This document shows, piece by piece, positions 1 to 9,778 of a DNA stretch of 30,534 nt (its first letter is position 1; each line of letters opens with the position of its first letter). The position numbers were made by a program, and so were the translations under genes. The stretch is taken from IMG/VR virus record IMGVR_UViG_3300028888_000091, one strand, 5' to 3'. The stretch comes from an uncultured virus (IMG/VR IMGVR_UViG_3300028888_000091) (Duplodnaviria > Heunggongvirae > Uroviricota > Caudoviricetes). The notes under the pieces were generated by a model. The model was not told the DNA's origin and made no database searches. It saw only the letters and a list, made by a program, of their open reading frames with translations.

Positions 1-906
1 TGAACCGGCTAAATCCCATGCTCTACATTTACCTATGCAAATTGCATTTGTTGGTTTTCCAACTTTTAATTTAGTTAAATCAAAGAAATCTGAATCTTCA
101 TCCATTGGAGTTTGTTGATATATTGCATTGAACATTCTCATTCCCATTCTTTCTTTTTTCTTTTCAAGCACATCAATTGTGTATTTTTCTTTCCACAAAG
201 GTGTACCATCATCAAGAATTGCCGGGAATTCTATGAAATGATAAGAATTTGGGTCATACTGTTTTAAATACCCTTGAATATCCATTGAATTCCATCTTGT
301 ATGCAATATCACTTCAAGAGTATGACTCTCAATTCTTTGTTCTATGACATTATTATACCAATCAATTGTTTTTTGTAATGCAGATGGAGTAAATTCCTCT
401 TCTAATCCTTTATATATATCATCCAAAATAAGTACATCTGCATCAGTACCAGTAATACTTCCTCCTTTACCTACAAGTCTAATAGAACCATTATATAATT
501 TTTTATCTTCATCACAAAACATTAAATAACTTGATGATTTTTTAACATCTGAAAGATAAACATTAAAATATTTACCATATTCATTAATGTATTCTCTTAA
601 ACTTATACCGAATTTTTCAGATAAACTTCCGGAGTTAGTAACAATTAAGATATTTAAATGAGGATTATGGAATATTAACCACATTGGGAATGCTAATGTG
701 ATAAGACTTGACTTTGAATGTCTTGGAGGCATTGCTACACATAATCTTTTATATGATTTATCAGAACCATCATACATTTTCATTAATTCCCTACTCAACT
801 TCTTAATATGTGGAGCGGGTTGATTATCTGCAAAATGTGAACCTACAAAAACACGATAAAATAAATAAAGGTCATTAATTATTTCACTTATCTTGTCCTT
901 ATCCAT
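1..906 (-). CDS. terL: Terminase large subunit (partial; runs off window start)
   Basis: Manual translation from ATG at 906: MDKDKISEIINDLYLFYRVF...RLCVAMPPRHSKSSLITLAFPMW (Walker A), GSITGTDADVLILDDIYKG (Walker B), ...YQQTPMDEDSDFF. Not in the supplied ORF track because it has no stop in the window. Confidence 0.93.
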   Translation of the reverse strand, partial: MDKDKISEIINDLYLFYRVFVGSHFADNQPAPHIKKLSRELMKMYDGSDKSYKRLCVAMPPRHSKSSLITLAFPMWLIFHNPHLNILIVTNSGSLSEKFGISLREYINEYGKYFNVYLSDVKKSSSYLMFCDEDKKLYNGSIRLVGKGGSITGTDADVLILDDIYKGLEEEFTPSALQKTIDWYNNVIEQRIESHTLEVILHTRWNSMDIQGYLKQYDPNSYHFIEFPAILDDGTPLWKEKYTIDVLEKKKERMGMRMFNAIYQQTPMDEDSDFFDLTKLKVGKPTNAICIGKCRAWDLAGS

Positions 907-940
907 AATTTTTCTTTATAACCCATCAAATAAAATTTAA

Positions 941-1390
941 TTAATTTTTTTCTTCATCTAATATTTTTGATACTTTATCATTATCAAATAATTCACTAAT
1001 ATCTTCTGATTTTACTTTTGCATTTACATTAGCATCAATTGTTTGTTTCTTACCAAAATCATCATGAGCCATTCTTTCAAGCCACCACGCCGCACTTTGC
1101 CATGATGGGTCTATTCTAATCTTTTCAACCCTACTTGCTACTGCTAATGCTATTGCTTCATCATGTTTTAATTGAACATATTTATATAATGAATCAGAAT
1201 CATCATCTTCTTCTCTACCTAATCGTATCCATCTATAATATGATTCTTTTGATATTCCGGCAATCATACAAGCATAATGTATCGGAACACCTCTTGCAAT
1301 TTCATTATATATCTTATCAATTAATTCTTTTGATATTTTTAAATTTTTATTGCTTTTTGGTTTTTTATATTCTTTTTCTGAATCTACCAT
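941..1390 (-). CDS. terS: Terminase small subunit (HTH type)
   Basis: GVPIHYACMIAGISKESYYRW HTH and WQSAAWWLER motif; directly upstream of terL. Confidence 0.8.
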   Translation of the reverse strand: MVDSEKEYKKPKSNKNLKISKELIDKIYNEIARGVPIHYACMIAGISKESYYRWIRLGREEDDDSDSLYKYVQLKHDEAIALAVASRVEKIRIDPSWQSAAWWLERMAHDDFGKKQTIDANVNAKVKSEDISELFDNDKVSKILDEEKN

Positions 1391-1394
1391 AATA

Positions 1395-1853
1395 TTATAT
1401 CTTTTTCCAAGTTAATCCTTTACTTTGTACTTTTAATGCTAATTTTCTTAAACTTGTACTGGTTATTGATTGTCTTACATTATTTTTATCATAATATTGG
1501 TATCTATATATAAATCCTTGCTTACATTTTGGACAAGGTTTCTTATTTACTCTAAAATAACCAGTTGTTGTTTTGTTTTTAGATAATTTTTCTTTAACTT
1601 TATCATCTAATTTTTTGCCTTCATGATGCAGTTTAAGATGTTCTTCTACTGTTAATAATTGTAAATTGGAAATAGAGTTATTATGTGGATTGAAATCTTT
1701 ATGGTGGATTACATATCCTTTTGGGATTTTTCTTCCATAGAATTTTTCCCATATTGTTCTATGAAGTAATTTATTATTACCTAATCGATAGTATCCTTTG
1801 TTATTTTGATGGACTAAACCTAATTTGGTTTTAACTTTTTCTTCCGATTTCAT
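1395..1853 (-). CDS. HNH endonuclease (homing-type)
   Basis: LLHRTIWEKFYGRKIPKGYVIHHKDFNPHNNSISNLQLLTVEEH HNH signature; basic C-terminal putative DNA-binding region. Confidence 0.88.
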   Translation of the reverse strand: MKSEEKVKTKLGLVHQNNKGYYRLGNNKLLHRTIWEKFYGRKIPKGYVIHHKDFNPHNNSISNLQLLTVEEHLKLHHEGKKLDDKVKEKLSKNKTTTGYFRVNKKPCPKCKQGFIYRYQYYDKNNVRQSITSTSLRKLALKVQSKGLTWKKI

Positions 1854-2716
1854 GTAATTCTTTTACATATTTTTTTATTATTTATAATAATGTCTTCCAC
1901 TATCTCTGCATCATTGCACATATAATAATTAATTTCTTGTTTTATTGATTTTATTTTATCAATATCTTTTGGAATGTTTGGTAATTGTTTTTGAATATTA
2001 CAATTTAATAATTTTGTTCTATCTTGTTCATTTGTGTTTTTACCAAACATTAAATATGATGATTCTCCAATTTTATATATATCACCATATTTCACGAAAC
2101 CTCTACGAATTCTATTTTCATTATTATTTTTTTGTTTGATTTCATCTTCAATAGTTTCATCAGTATCATCTTCAATATCTATATCTTCAATAATTTCTTC
2201 AAAATCATCATCTTCATATTCTTCAGATACTTCTTCTACATTTTCTTCAAAATCATCATCTATTCTTGTGATAAAATCATAATCAATATCATCTAATTCT
2301 AAATCAAATCCAGTCAAATGGTCTAAATTAACTTCTTCTAATTCTATAAGAACTTCATTTAATAAATCTTCATCAAATTCACCATGAATCCTATTTAATG
2401 CTAAATTTAATGTTTTTTCATGATTTTTATCTTTTATTTTTAAATCCGTATCTGTAAATACCCAACCAACATCACCAAGTTTTATTAAATATAAATCAGA
2501 TACATCTTTTTCATAAAATAAAACATCAAATCTTTGATGTCCACTTATAATAGTATTATCATGTAAATTTACAATAATTGGGTCTACAATACCAAACTCA
2601 TCAATACTATTCTTTAAATTAGCATAATCCTTATCACTTATTTTTCTTGGATTATAATCTGCCGGAACTAATGAATTTATATCAATTTTTTCAATAACTA
2701 TGTCTTTATCCACCAT
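1850..2716 (-). CDS. ParB/Srx-like N-terminal domain protein with acidic linker
   Basis: LVPADYNPRKI...LKNSIDEFGIVDPIIVN...IISGHQR; LNLALNRIHGEFD; long D/E tract. Confidence 0.82.
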   Translation of the reverse strand: MVDKDIVIEKIDINSLVPADYNPRKISDKDYANLKNSIDEFGIVDPIIVNLHDNTIISGHQRFDVLFYEKDVSDLYLIKLGDVGWVFTDTDLKIKDKNHEKTLNLALNRIHGEFDEDLLNEVLIELEEVNLDHLTGFDLELDDIDYDFITRIDDDFEENVEEVSEEYEDDDFEEIIEDIDIEDDTDETIEDEIKQKNNNENRIRRGFVKYGDIYKIGESSYLMFGKNTNEQDRTKLLNCNIQKQLPNIPKDIDKIKSIKQEINYYMCNDAEIVEDIIINNKKICKRIT

Positions 2717-2753
2717 ATTTTTACACCTTTTTTATTAAAAAAATTCTTATAAT

Positions 2754-3170
2754 TTAATGATGAAGTAATACAAAAGAAATTACTCCTATAATAGTTGTTA
2801 TTGCACCAAATGTTAATGACACAATTGCTATTTTGAGATTTGTTTCTGCACGATTTTTTTTATCTTGTTCTTCTAAAATTTCTTGTCTTGTTTCAATTTT
2901 AGATAATCTTCTATCCAAATCTTTTTCGATGGCAGTGAATTTTTTTTCAATTTTGTCATCATCAGTTTTTGATTTTAGAATTAATTCATTCACACATTCT
3001 TTAATTTCATCTATCTTTTCTTCCATTCTACGATTATCTTCTTTTAAGTCATCAAGTTTTTCTTTTTTATAATTTAATTCTACTTCCAATCTTTCGATTG
3101 CTCTTGATTGACCTAAAATTTGTTCTTCATGCAAACAAATATCTTTTTCGTTCACTACCATATTAATCAT
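2754..3170 (-). CDS. Coiled-coil protein with C-terminal transmembrane helix
   Basis: Heptad-rich charged N-region, hydrophobic IAIVSLTFGAITTIIGVISFVLL tail. Confidence 0.6.
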   Translation of the reverse strand: MINMVVNEKDICLHEEQILGQSRAIERLEVELNYKKEKLDDLKEDNRRMEEKIDEIKECVNELILKSKTDDDKIEKKFTAIEKDLDRRLSKIETRQEILEEQDKKNRAETNLKIAIVSLTFGAITTIIGVISFVLLHH

Positions 3171-3175
3171 CTAAT

Positions 3176-3397
3176 TTATATTTTTGACCTTCCAAATGCA
3201 CACCATACATCATCTTGTCTTAATACTTCATGATTATCTAATTTATAATCGGGTATGATAAGTATCTGTTCATCTACTACTAATCCATCTGTAATATCAA
3301 TTATTTCTGCATGATGTGTATCTTTTTTTAATATTGGATTTTCGCTTTCAGTATGATAATCATACCTATTATCTACTGTTTTCCAATTTTTAAACAT
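3176..3397 (-). CDS. Hypothetical protein
   Basis: ORF tightly packed in the operon, purine-rich RBS region. Confidence 0.6.
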   Translation of the reverse strand: MFKNWKTVDNRYDYHTESENPILKKDTHHAEIIDITDGLVVDEQILIIPDYKLDNHEVLRQDDVWCAFGRSKI

Positions 3398-3444
3398 CTT
3401 TCTCTCACTCTCTTACTATATATTGTATATTCTAAAACAGTATT

Positions 3445-3852
3445 TTATAAAAATTTTCTTTGGTTTATCTCATATTCAACCAAATAAATCAGAAATCTTT
3501 CAATAAGAAAATTACTAATGTTATATTCTTCAAAAACTCTTTTACACCAGTTACTACTGTAACGAGGATTATATTCACATTTTACAAAATAGCATATCAT
3601 GACAATAATTTGTTCTGATGAGCATCTTGGACAAATATCATTAAAATTCAATTGTTTAATTAAATATTTTGCCCTATCAATTTGAGTTCCTTTCAGTTGC
3701 CAATATTCAGAATTTATAGCATCAAATAATCTTAATTTTCTATTTCTTTCTACAATTTTATTTTTCCTTTTTTCAGTTGTAGGACTCCATCTTTCACCCG
3801 GTTGTTTAGAAGAATATTTATTTAATAAATTTGTTATATCTTCATAATACAT
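3445..3852 (-). CDS. Putative TFIIB/TFB cyclin-repeat-like protein
   Basis: ERN..LRLF.AI....QL....IDRA.YL...L......R.S.EQI....Y...C...PR pattern resembles the first core repeat of archaeal TFB (by eye). Confidence 0.45.
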   Translation of the reverse strand: MYYEDITNLLNKYSSKQPGERWSPTTEKRKNKIVERNRKLRLFDAINSEYWQLKGTQIDRAKYLIKQLNFNDICPRCSSEQIIVMICYFVKCEYNPRYSSNWCKRVFEEYNISNFLIERFLIYLVEYEINQRKFL

Positions 3853-3882
3853 TTTTATCTAATAACTTCTCCAATATTTCTT

Positions 3883-4638
3883 TTATCCTTTCCAATCAGA
3901 AAACATCATATCTTTTGAATATTCTTCACACCTAACCACATGATTTCTATCAATATTCAATCTTAAAAATCCTTGTGGCACTTGATTCATGTTCCTTTCA
4001 TGTGCATAAGAATTTTTATAATTCAAAAAATGACCCGAAAAAACATAATGTTTTCTTTTTATTCCTTCTTTTGTTCTTATAGGTCTATTAAAATAATCAA
4101 CATAATGATTATGTCCACACATTGCTAAATCACACACAATATTATTGGTATCACGAATAAATCCTCCCTCTGCTAACTCTAATCTTTGAGAAAATTTAGT
4201 TCCATGTTTTCCATAAATAATAAATTCTTTATTATTAATCAATAATTTATCAAAAAAGTCTGATTTATCATATGGCACATTAAGAATTTCACTAATAACT
4301 TTACTTACATCTAAATTATAATCTTTTTTATTCCTTTTTTCATGATTTCCAGTTGTCATGTAATTGATATATTTTTTATAAGGTTTCAATAAATCTATTA
4401 ATTCACAAAGTTGTTCATCTGCACTTAAATCTTGTTCAAATGCACCTATACGAAGATTCTGCATATCAATTAAATCGCCTAATAAATAGATAACTTTATG
4501 TTTTGTCCGAGTATTCTTAAATACATCTTCCCAATATTGAAAATACTCTAAATCACAGTTAGGCGAACCCAAATGCAAATCTGAAAATGGAAAAATATAT
4601 AATTTATTTCTTTTTAATCTAAATCTATTTTTTACCAT
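3883..4638 (-). CDS. Calcineurin-like metallophosphoesterase
   Basis: SDLHLG, LGDLID, GNHE, KHG, GHNH motifs; start placed at MVKNRF (4638). Confidence 0.88.
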   Translation of the reverse strand: MVKNRFRLKRNKLYIFPFSDLHLGSPNCDLEYFQYWEDVFKNTRTKHKVIYLLGDLIDMQNLRIGAFEQDLSADEQLCELIDLLKPYKKYINYMTTGNHEKRNKKDYNLDVSKVISEILNVPYDKSDFFDKLLINNKEFIIYGKHGTKFSQRLELAEGGFIRDTNNIVCDLAMCGHNHYVDYFNRPIRTKEGIKRKHYVFSGHFLNYKNSYAHERNMNQVPQGFLRLNIDRNHVVRCEEYSKDMMFSDWKG

Positions 4639-4690
4639 GATTTTTTTGGTTTCCTTAAAATTTAAGAATATAAAAAAAATAATGATATTA

Positions 4691-4981
4691 TTATGATGTT
4701 TCCACAATAATATCTTCAATATTATTTAATGGGAATGGATACATTTTATTTGTATTAACTGGTTTATATTGAACCAACACTCCCAATTCATCTAATGACA
4801 AATGAGTTACTTTATGTAAATCAAATACTTCTTTATTATCAGTAGTTATAATTGTAATTTTTTTTGCAGAATATGGTTTTTTATAAAATATTGTTTCTCC
4901 ATCTGAATCTCTTGCAGTATGTAATTTATGAATAGCACTCATTTTTTCTTTTGCATCTTCAAATTTCATAATTTTATTCAT
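4691..4981 (-). CDS. Hypothetical protein
   Basis: ORF overlapping the upstream stop. Confidence 0.6.
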   Translation of the reverse strand: MNKIMKFEDAKEKMSAIHKLHTARDSDGETIFYKKPYSAKKITIITTDNKEVFDLHKVTHLSLDELGVLVQYKPVNTNKMYPFPLNNIEDIIVETS

Positions 4982-5585
4982 ACTCTATATTTATTATTAA
5001 ATCAGTATTTCCCTCAACAACAGTATATTTTGCAGTATGATTATTATCTTCACTTATTGCATTTTCCCATAATTCTGTAAATACACTATCTTTTACATCA
5101 TTTAATGAATTTACTACATTAACAGTATATTCTCCAATTGGTAAAATAATTTCAAGTGGAGTTTCTTTTTGTAAAATACTTGTTGTATATACTCCATTAT
5201 CTTTATTTGTGAATTTTAACATAGTTCCTTCTTTGTTGAAGTCCATATTTACAGTATTTGGTGTTATTTTCAATACACCATAAATTGTTGCTTGACTGTT
5301 CACATTATTTGTTAATGTTGCAATTTCATTTTCTAATTGTTTAATTCTATCTTCATGAGAACCACTATGAACTGATGAATCATCATAACCATTAATCATT
5401 TCTATTAAATTTTTTAATTGATTTTGCAAATATTCATCAATAAATTCCACTTGTTCCGGTTTTAAAGTATAATATTTAAAAGTAACCATGAACAATGCAT
5501 TTTCATAACAATCTTTACTTAAATCATCTACAAATAAATAATCTGCATTTCTTTTTCTTATTTTTGTACTTAAATGAATACCCAT
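4974..5585 (-). CDS. Hypothetical protein (coiled coil plus beta-rich C-terminus)
   Basis: 203-aa ORF with GGAG RBS. Confidence 0.65.
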   Translation of the reverse strand: MGIHLSTKIRKRNADYLFVDDLSKDCYENALFMVTFKYYTLKPEQVEFIDEYLQNQLKNLIEMINGYDDSSVHSGSHEDRIKQLENEIATLTNNVNSQATIYGVLKITPNTVNMDFNKEGTMLKFTNKDNGVYTTSILQKETPLEIILPIGEYTVNVVNSLNDVKDSVFTELWENAISEDNNHTAKYTVVEGNTDLIINIEYE

Positions 5586-5665
5586 TTTTTCTTACTCCAT
5601 TTTAATGAATTATCTTCTTATATTATATTTCTGAACAAAAGTGTTATTTAAATGTTATCATTTAA

Positions 5666-5803
5666 TCATTTTAACAACATATCTTCTTCATAATTATCAT
5701 TTTCATATACAAAATATTGACATACCATATCTGAATGAAATGCTCTTTTACCCTTTCTATAACAGATATTATTTTCATAATAAATACAATTTGCACACTT
5801 CAT
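5666..5803 (-). CDS. Small Cys-rich protein (45 aa)
   Basis: MKCANCIYYENNICYRKGKRAFHSDMVCQYF...; GAGGT RBS upstream. Confidence 0.6.
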   Translation of the reverse strand: MKCANCIYYENNICYRKGKRAFHSDMVCQYFVYENDNYEEDMLLK

Positions 5804-5816
5804 TAAACTTAACCTC

Positions 5817-6527
5817 TTAATCATCTAATACATCTCTTGCTTGTTCTAAATCACCCTCATAAATATGTAAACTACTGGAATTATAATTAATCCCAATAAA
5901 CTCTAATAAAGGATATTCTTTTTTTAATTCTTCTGTTAATTTTATTCCTAAATAACTTATAAATAACATATTTGATGGAAATGCAGAATATAAATCATTA
6001 CTTCTAAAAAATATATGCAACATTAATTTATTGTTTCTTATTGTTGCTTGTATAAATTGTAAACATGGTATATGTTGTTGGTCTTTATCTAATGCAGAAC
6101 TATATAATGTCATTACTGCACGATTACTTCCCTCATGTTCCCTTAATCTATCACAAACAACTTCAAATTGATTAATATTGTCAATTACATCATTTCTATC
6201 TGCTTGGTGAATATTAAATATTCTTTCCGGATATGTATATATAAAATCACTACTTTTAATTATATATTCATCATCAAGACTACTAACATATTCTGCTAAT
6301 GCTTCTCCTTTCATTGGATAATGTTTAATGTCAAAAACCCCTTTTTTAATCAAATCAATAAATTGTTCTCCTTTAATATTTGTATTACCTATTTGTTTTA
6401 ATGGATTATCAATAATACAATGATTAATAAGATGCTCTTGCAATACATCACCATCATCTTTTTCATGTTTTTCTCCATTTTCTAATACTACTTTAATAAA
6501 TTTTTTCCATGCTTCTTCAATATACAT
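5817..6527 (-). CDS. thyA: Thymidylate synthase (archaeal-type ThyA)
   Basis: YTYPERI, SNRA, IPCLQFIQ (catalytic Cys), FRSNDLYSAFPSN, SLHIYE. Confidence 0.9.
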   Translation of the reverse strand: MYIEEAWKKFIKVVLENGEKHEKDDGDVLQEHLINHCIIDNPLKQIGNTNIKGEQFIDLIKKGVFDIKHYPMKGEALAEYVSSLDDEYIIKSSDFIYTYPERIFNIHQADRNDVIDNINQFEVVCDRLREHEGSNRAVMTLYSSALDKDQQHIPCLQFIQATIRNNKLMLHIFFRSNDLYSAFPSNMLFISYLGIKLTEELKKEYPLLEFIGINYNSSSLHIYEGDLEQARDVLDD

Positions 6528-6538
6528 AATTATCAACT

Positions 6539-6691
6539 CTAATCAGATGTAAATATATACAAATATAAAATAATAATACTCATGAAAACAATAACTGGAA
6601 AAATCTCCAATATAAAAATTGTTCCGAAATCCCAATTCATACCTAAACTTCTTGCAAGTGTAAACATTAATCCTAATCCTTTATGTGCCAT
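6539..6691 (-). CDS. Small membrane protein (50 aa)
   Basis: MAHKGLGLMFTLARSLGMNWDFGTIFILEIFPVIVFMSIIILYLYIFTSD; fills the gap between the ligase and thyA. Confidence 0.5.
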   Translation of the reverse strand: MAHKGLGLMFTLARSLGMNWDFGTIFILEIFPVIVFMSIIILYLYIFTSD

Positions 6692-7940
6692 TTAAATCAA
6701 CTTTATTTCTAATAAACAATTTTTCTAATACATGATATATTGTTTTTGAATCCTTTTTTTTCATAGGATATTCTTGGGCAAACATTCTCATACAATGAGT
6801 AATGCCTTTATTTGAATATTTATCAAATAATTCTTGTGCAATATAATGAATAGACATTGGAATTTGCTTTGAATCCCATATTTGCATGAATATTTTTTCA
6901 ATTTTTTTAGATGATTTTTTTATTAATTCATCAGAATATTCTTCTTTTAACATTCTATGTAAATATTCAGTATGATGATTCTTATATGTTTTATATATCT
7001 CATCAACTTCACTACCATATTCATCAAAATATTTTAATACTTCTTTTGTAATGCTACTTCGAGGAATTCCATTTTCACTTCTATGTTTATTTTCAATATC
7101 TTTTGGTTTAATTTTAATATATTTTTGAGTATTATTCATAGTAGTACAATTCAAAACTACTCCTTCACTTGCAATTCTGCCATTTGATTCATAAAATTTT
7201 TTATTTAAATATTCCATTAAATATTGGATTTTATCAATACAATCAATTATTGTTGGAGGCATTAACTCTTCAATAGGTATTTCATCAAAATACCATCTAT
7301 ATTTCTCCGAAGTAATGTATATTCTTCCTTTTTCAATTCTAAATACTTGGTCGGGTTGTCTGAAATTATGTTTTAAACATAAAATCCATAATTTCATTGG
7401 ATTAAAAAATTCATTTCCATCATAACAACCAATTAATTTAATATCAATACCAGTAGTATAATGAATAATTTCATGTTGATTAAGTATACCATATAATTCA
7501 AACATTAATACACCCAAATGTTTTTTATAATAATGTTGAATATTAGATTTGTCAATTTTATTGTATAATTCAACAAAATTACTATCTGCTACTGCTCTTC
7601 CCCTTGTTTTCGGAACAATTTCAATAATATTTCCTTTTTCATCAAGTAAAGGATAAATAATTAAACAACTACCATCAAGTTTTTCATAACAAATACAATC
7701 ATAATCAAGATTAATACTTCTTTCATCTGAAAAATATTCAATTTTAGGCATTGATTGAATAAATTGTTCAGATTCAACATTATTTACTTCATCAATTAAT
7801 AAAGAACCAAGATACCTATTAGGTTTCCTACATATCCATCCTTTAATAACATTACCTTTTGGTGTTTTTTCATTAAATCTACTTAAATGTTTAGATTTAC
7901 ATTTACCAAAATATTCAATTGCTTTTTCAACTTCTATCAT
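6681..7940 (-). CDS. ATP-dependent RNA ligase family nucleotidyltransferase
   Basis: Motif I YEKLDGS, KTRG, motif III LMFELYG, motif IV SEGVVL, motif V KIK; helical C-terminus with no obvious OB-fold. Confidence 0.75.
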   Translation of the reverse strand: MIEVEKAIEYFGKCKSKHLSRFNEKTPKGNVIKGWICRKPNRYLGSLLIDEVNNVESEQFIQSMPKIEYFSDERSINLDYDCICYEKLDGSCLIIYPLLDEKGNIIEIVPKTRGRAVADSNFVELYNKIDKSNIQHYYKKHLGVLMFELYGILNQHEIIHYTTGIDIKLIGCYDGNEFFNPMKLWILCLKHNFRQPDQVFRIEKGRIYITSEKYRWYFDEIPIEELMPPTIIDCIDKIQYLMEYLNKKFYESNGRIASEGVVLNCTTMNNTQKYIKIKPKDIENKHRSENGIPRSSITKEVLKYFDEYGSEVDEIYKTYKNHHTEYLHRMLKEEYSDELIKKSSKKIEKIFMQIWDSKQIPMSIHYIAQELFDKYSNKGITHCMRMFAQEYPMKKKDSKTIYHVLEKLFIRNKVDLNGT

Positions 7941-7958
7941 AATCCTTACTCTTCCTTA

Positions 7959-8153
7959 TTATAATTTTTTATTATATCTATATTCATATAATTCTTCATA
8001 TAACTCTTCCACAATTTTATTTGCTCTCTCATCAGTTTTATTTAATACTCTACAACAATCTTGCATTGTCATCAATAATTCACCAGTAAGATTATCAATT
8101 ATCCCAAGATGTGGAATAATTTCAAATCGTTTGCAATCAGTTCTTTTAGTCAT
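7959..8153 (-). CDS. MTEKRF-array protein
   Basis: MTKRTDCKRF...GIIDNLTG...CCRVLNK. Confidence 0.7.
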   Translation of the reverse strand: MTKRTDCKRFEIIPHLGIIDNLTGELLMTMQDCCRVLNKTDERANKIVEELYEELYEYRYNKKL

Positions 8154-8154
8154 T

Positions 8155-8415
8155 TTATTCTATTTTCTTTGACAGACATTCTACTAATTCATTAGTAATA
8201 ATTACTTTTTTCATTTCTTCCACTTCTTTTTTCAAGTGTTGATTTTCTTCATGGAGTTCATTCAAAAGTTCACATAATGCTTTTGCAGAAGAAAAATGAT
8301 AACATCCTAAATCATTATAAATACAAATAGCATTCTTTTCTTTTGACTCTACCCAATCAACAATATCACATTGATTATGTTGATTTACATTCAATTCAAA
8401 TCGTTTTTCACTCAT
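8155..8415 (-). CDS. MTEKRF-family coiled-coil protein
   Basis: MSEKRF...LCELLNELHEENQHLKKE. Confidence 0.8.
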   Translation of the reverse strand: MSEKRFELNVNQHNQCDIVDWVESKEKNAICIYNDLGCYHFSSAKALCELLNELHEENQHLKKEVEEMKKVIITNELVECLSKKIE

Positions 8416-8749
8416 TATTCAACTCCTTACCATCGATAATAATTTTACATAATCTTGGATGCTCTTTGTAAAATTTTTGTTCTCTTATTTTAAATTTAAA
8501 TAAATCTGAATTAAAATCTCTTATTTCTTTAGGAGTCAAATATAATGGTAAATTTCCATCATATGCTTTCAAACCCTCCCTTAATAACTCAACTTCTTGT
8601 TTTAATTCTTTAATATATTCATCAAACTCATTCAAGAGTTCACATAATCGTTCTGTATAATCAAAAGTATCTAATTGCTCACCAGTAGTATTATCAACAA
8701 TACATTCTCTAATACTTGTCGGTTCAATTGTAAATCGTTTTTCAGTCAT
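8408..8749 (-). CDS. MTEKRF-family coiled-coil protein
   Basis: MTEKRF...LCELLNEFDE. Confidence 0.8.
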   Translation of the reverse strand: MTEKRFTIEPTSIRECIVDNTTGEQLDTFDYTERLCELLNEFDEYIKELKQEVELLREGLKAYDGNLPLYLTPKEIRDFNSDLFKFKIREQKFYKEHPRLCKIIIDGKELNNE

Positions 8750-8997
8750 TCATATCTCTCCATTTTATCCAATGCATCTCTCATTTCATATATTACAAGT
8801 TTCCTTGATTTCATATTACAGTCATGTAAACTGTTTTGAAGAAAGACTATCTCTTTTTTTAATTGTAGGTTTTCTTCATATAATTCATTTAACTTATTAC
8901 ATAACCATTCATTGGTTGGAGCATATTTCTTATCAACAATAGGTGAAGTTTCACCTTTATATTCATCTAAACACCAAAATCGTTTATTTTTATCCAT
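8746..8997 (-). CDS. MTEKRF-family coiled-coil protein
   Basis: MDKNKRF...LCNKLNELYEENLQLKKE. Confidence 0.8.
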   Translation of the reverse strand: MDKNKRFWCLDEYKGETSPIVDKKYAPTNEWLCNKLNELYEENLQLKKEIVFLQNSLHDCNMKSRKLVIYEMRDALDKMERYE

Positions 8998-9314
8998 TAT
9001 AATCTCTCCAAATGCTCAATCATACTTCTAATATGATATTCGATTAACTCATAACTTGTTACAAGAATAGCATCATCAAAATGTTTCCTTTTTTGATTAT
9101 AAATAAAATCATATTCTTTTTTCAAATAATCTAACATATCTTTCTCTTTTTCTTTTAAAAATTGATTTTCTTCATGTAATTCATTCAGTAAATCAATAAT
9201 TCTCTTACAACCTACTCCATCATAAGAGTAACCGAAATCAATCATCACAGTTTTATTTTCTCTATCATATAAATCCCCACTCTTATCCATATAAAATCGT
9301 TTATTCTCTGTCAT
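8997..9314 (-). CDS. MTEKRF-family coiled-coil protein
   Basis: Start reassigned to MTENKRF; IIDLLNELHEENQFLKE. Confidence 0.8.
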   Translation of the reverse strand: MTENKRFYMDKSGDLYDRENKTVMIDFGYSYDGVGCKRIIDLLNELHEENQFLKEKEKDMLDYLKKEYDFIYNQKRKHFDDAILVTSYELIEYHIRSMIEHLERL

Positions 9315-9315
9315 T

Positions 9316-9495
9316 TTAATCCTCTTCTTCCCATAATCCAATTAATAACCAATGTAATGCAAGAATGATAAATCCTAAAAACATTATTACAGATAAATAC
9401 ATTCCTAATTCAATTCCAAATGCAATTAAACCAATCCCAATAATAAATAATGATAGTATAATAAATACAATTTGCCTATATTGTTTTTCACTCAT
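9316..9495 (-). CDS. Two-TM membrane protein (59 aa), array member
   Basis: MSEKQYRQIVFIILSLFIIGIGLIAFGIELGMYLSVIMFLGFIILALHWLLIGLWEEED. Confidence 0.7.
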   Translation of the reverse strand: MSEKQYRQIVFIILSLFIIGIGLIAFGIELGMYLSVIMFLGFIILALHWLLIGLWEEED

Positions 9496-9650
9496 TCCAA
9501 TTCCTCCTTAAACATATCACATTCAAATACTTCATCACAATCAATTCCTTTTTTTATAGTACACCAAGTGTCTACTTCTCTATCAGATACCCAAGTGCCA
9601 TTTTGATACTTACAATCAATGCACAAACTATACTCTCGTTTTTCAGTCAT
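9492..9650 (-). CDS. Cys-rich small protein (52 aa), array member
   Basis: MTEKREYSLCIDCKY...WC...C....ECDMFKEELE. Confidence 0.7.
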   Translation of the reverse strand: MTEKREYSLCIDCKYQNGTWVSDREVDTWCTIKKGIDCDEVFECDMFKEELE

Positions 9651-9778
9651 TCTAAATCCTCATCATTCTTTCCACAAAAAAATATATTCTTTGCACCATT
9701 ACTGCTTATAATAATCATTTTCATACTACAATGTCCAGTATCACAATCCCAATATTTACAAGTTTCACATTTAGTCAT
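9647..9778 (-). CDS. Cys-rich small protein (43 aa), array member
   Basis: MTKCETCKYWDCDTGHC...FCGKNDEDLE. Confidence 0.65.
   Translation of the reverse strand: MTKCETCKYWDCDTGHCSMKMIIISSNGAKNIFFCGKNDEDLE

Noticed and set aside
5817..6527. dCMP hydroxymethylase (modified-base pathway)
   Set aside because: The specificity position is Asn (AFPSN) as in dUMP-acting enzymes, and no modification gene cluster is nearby.
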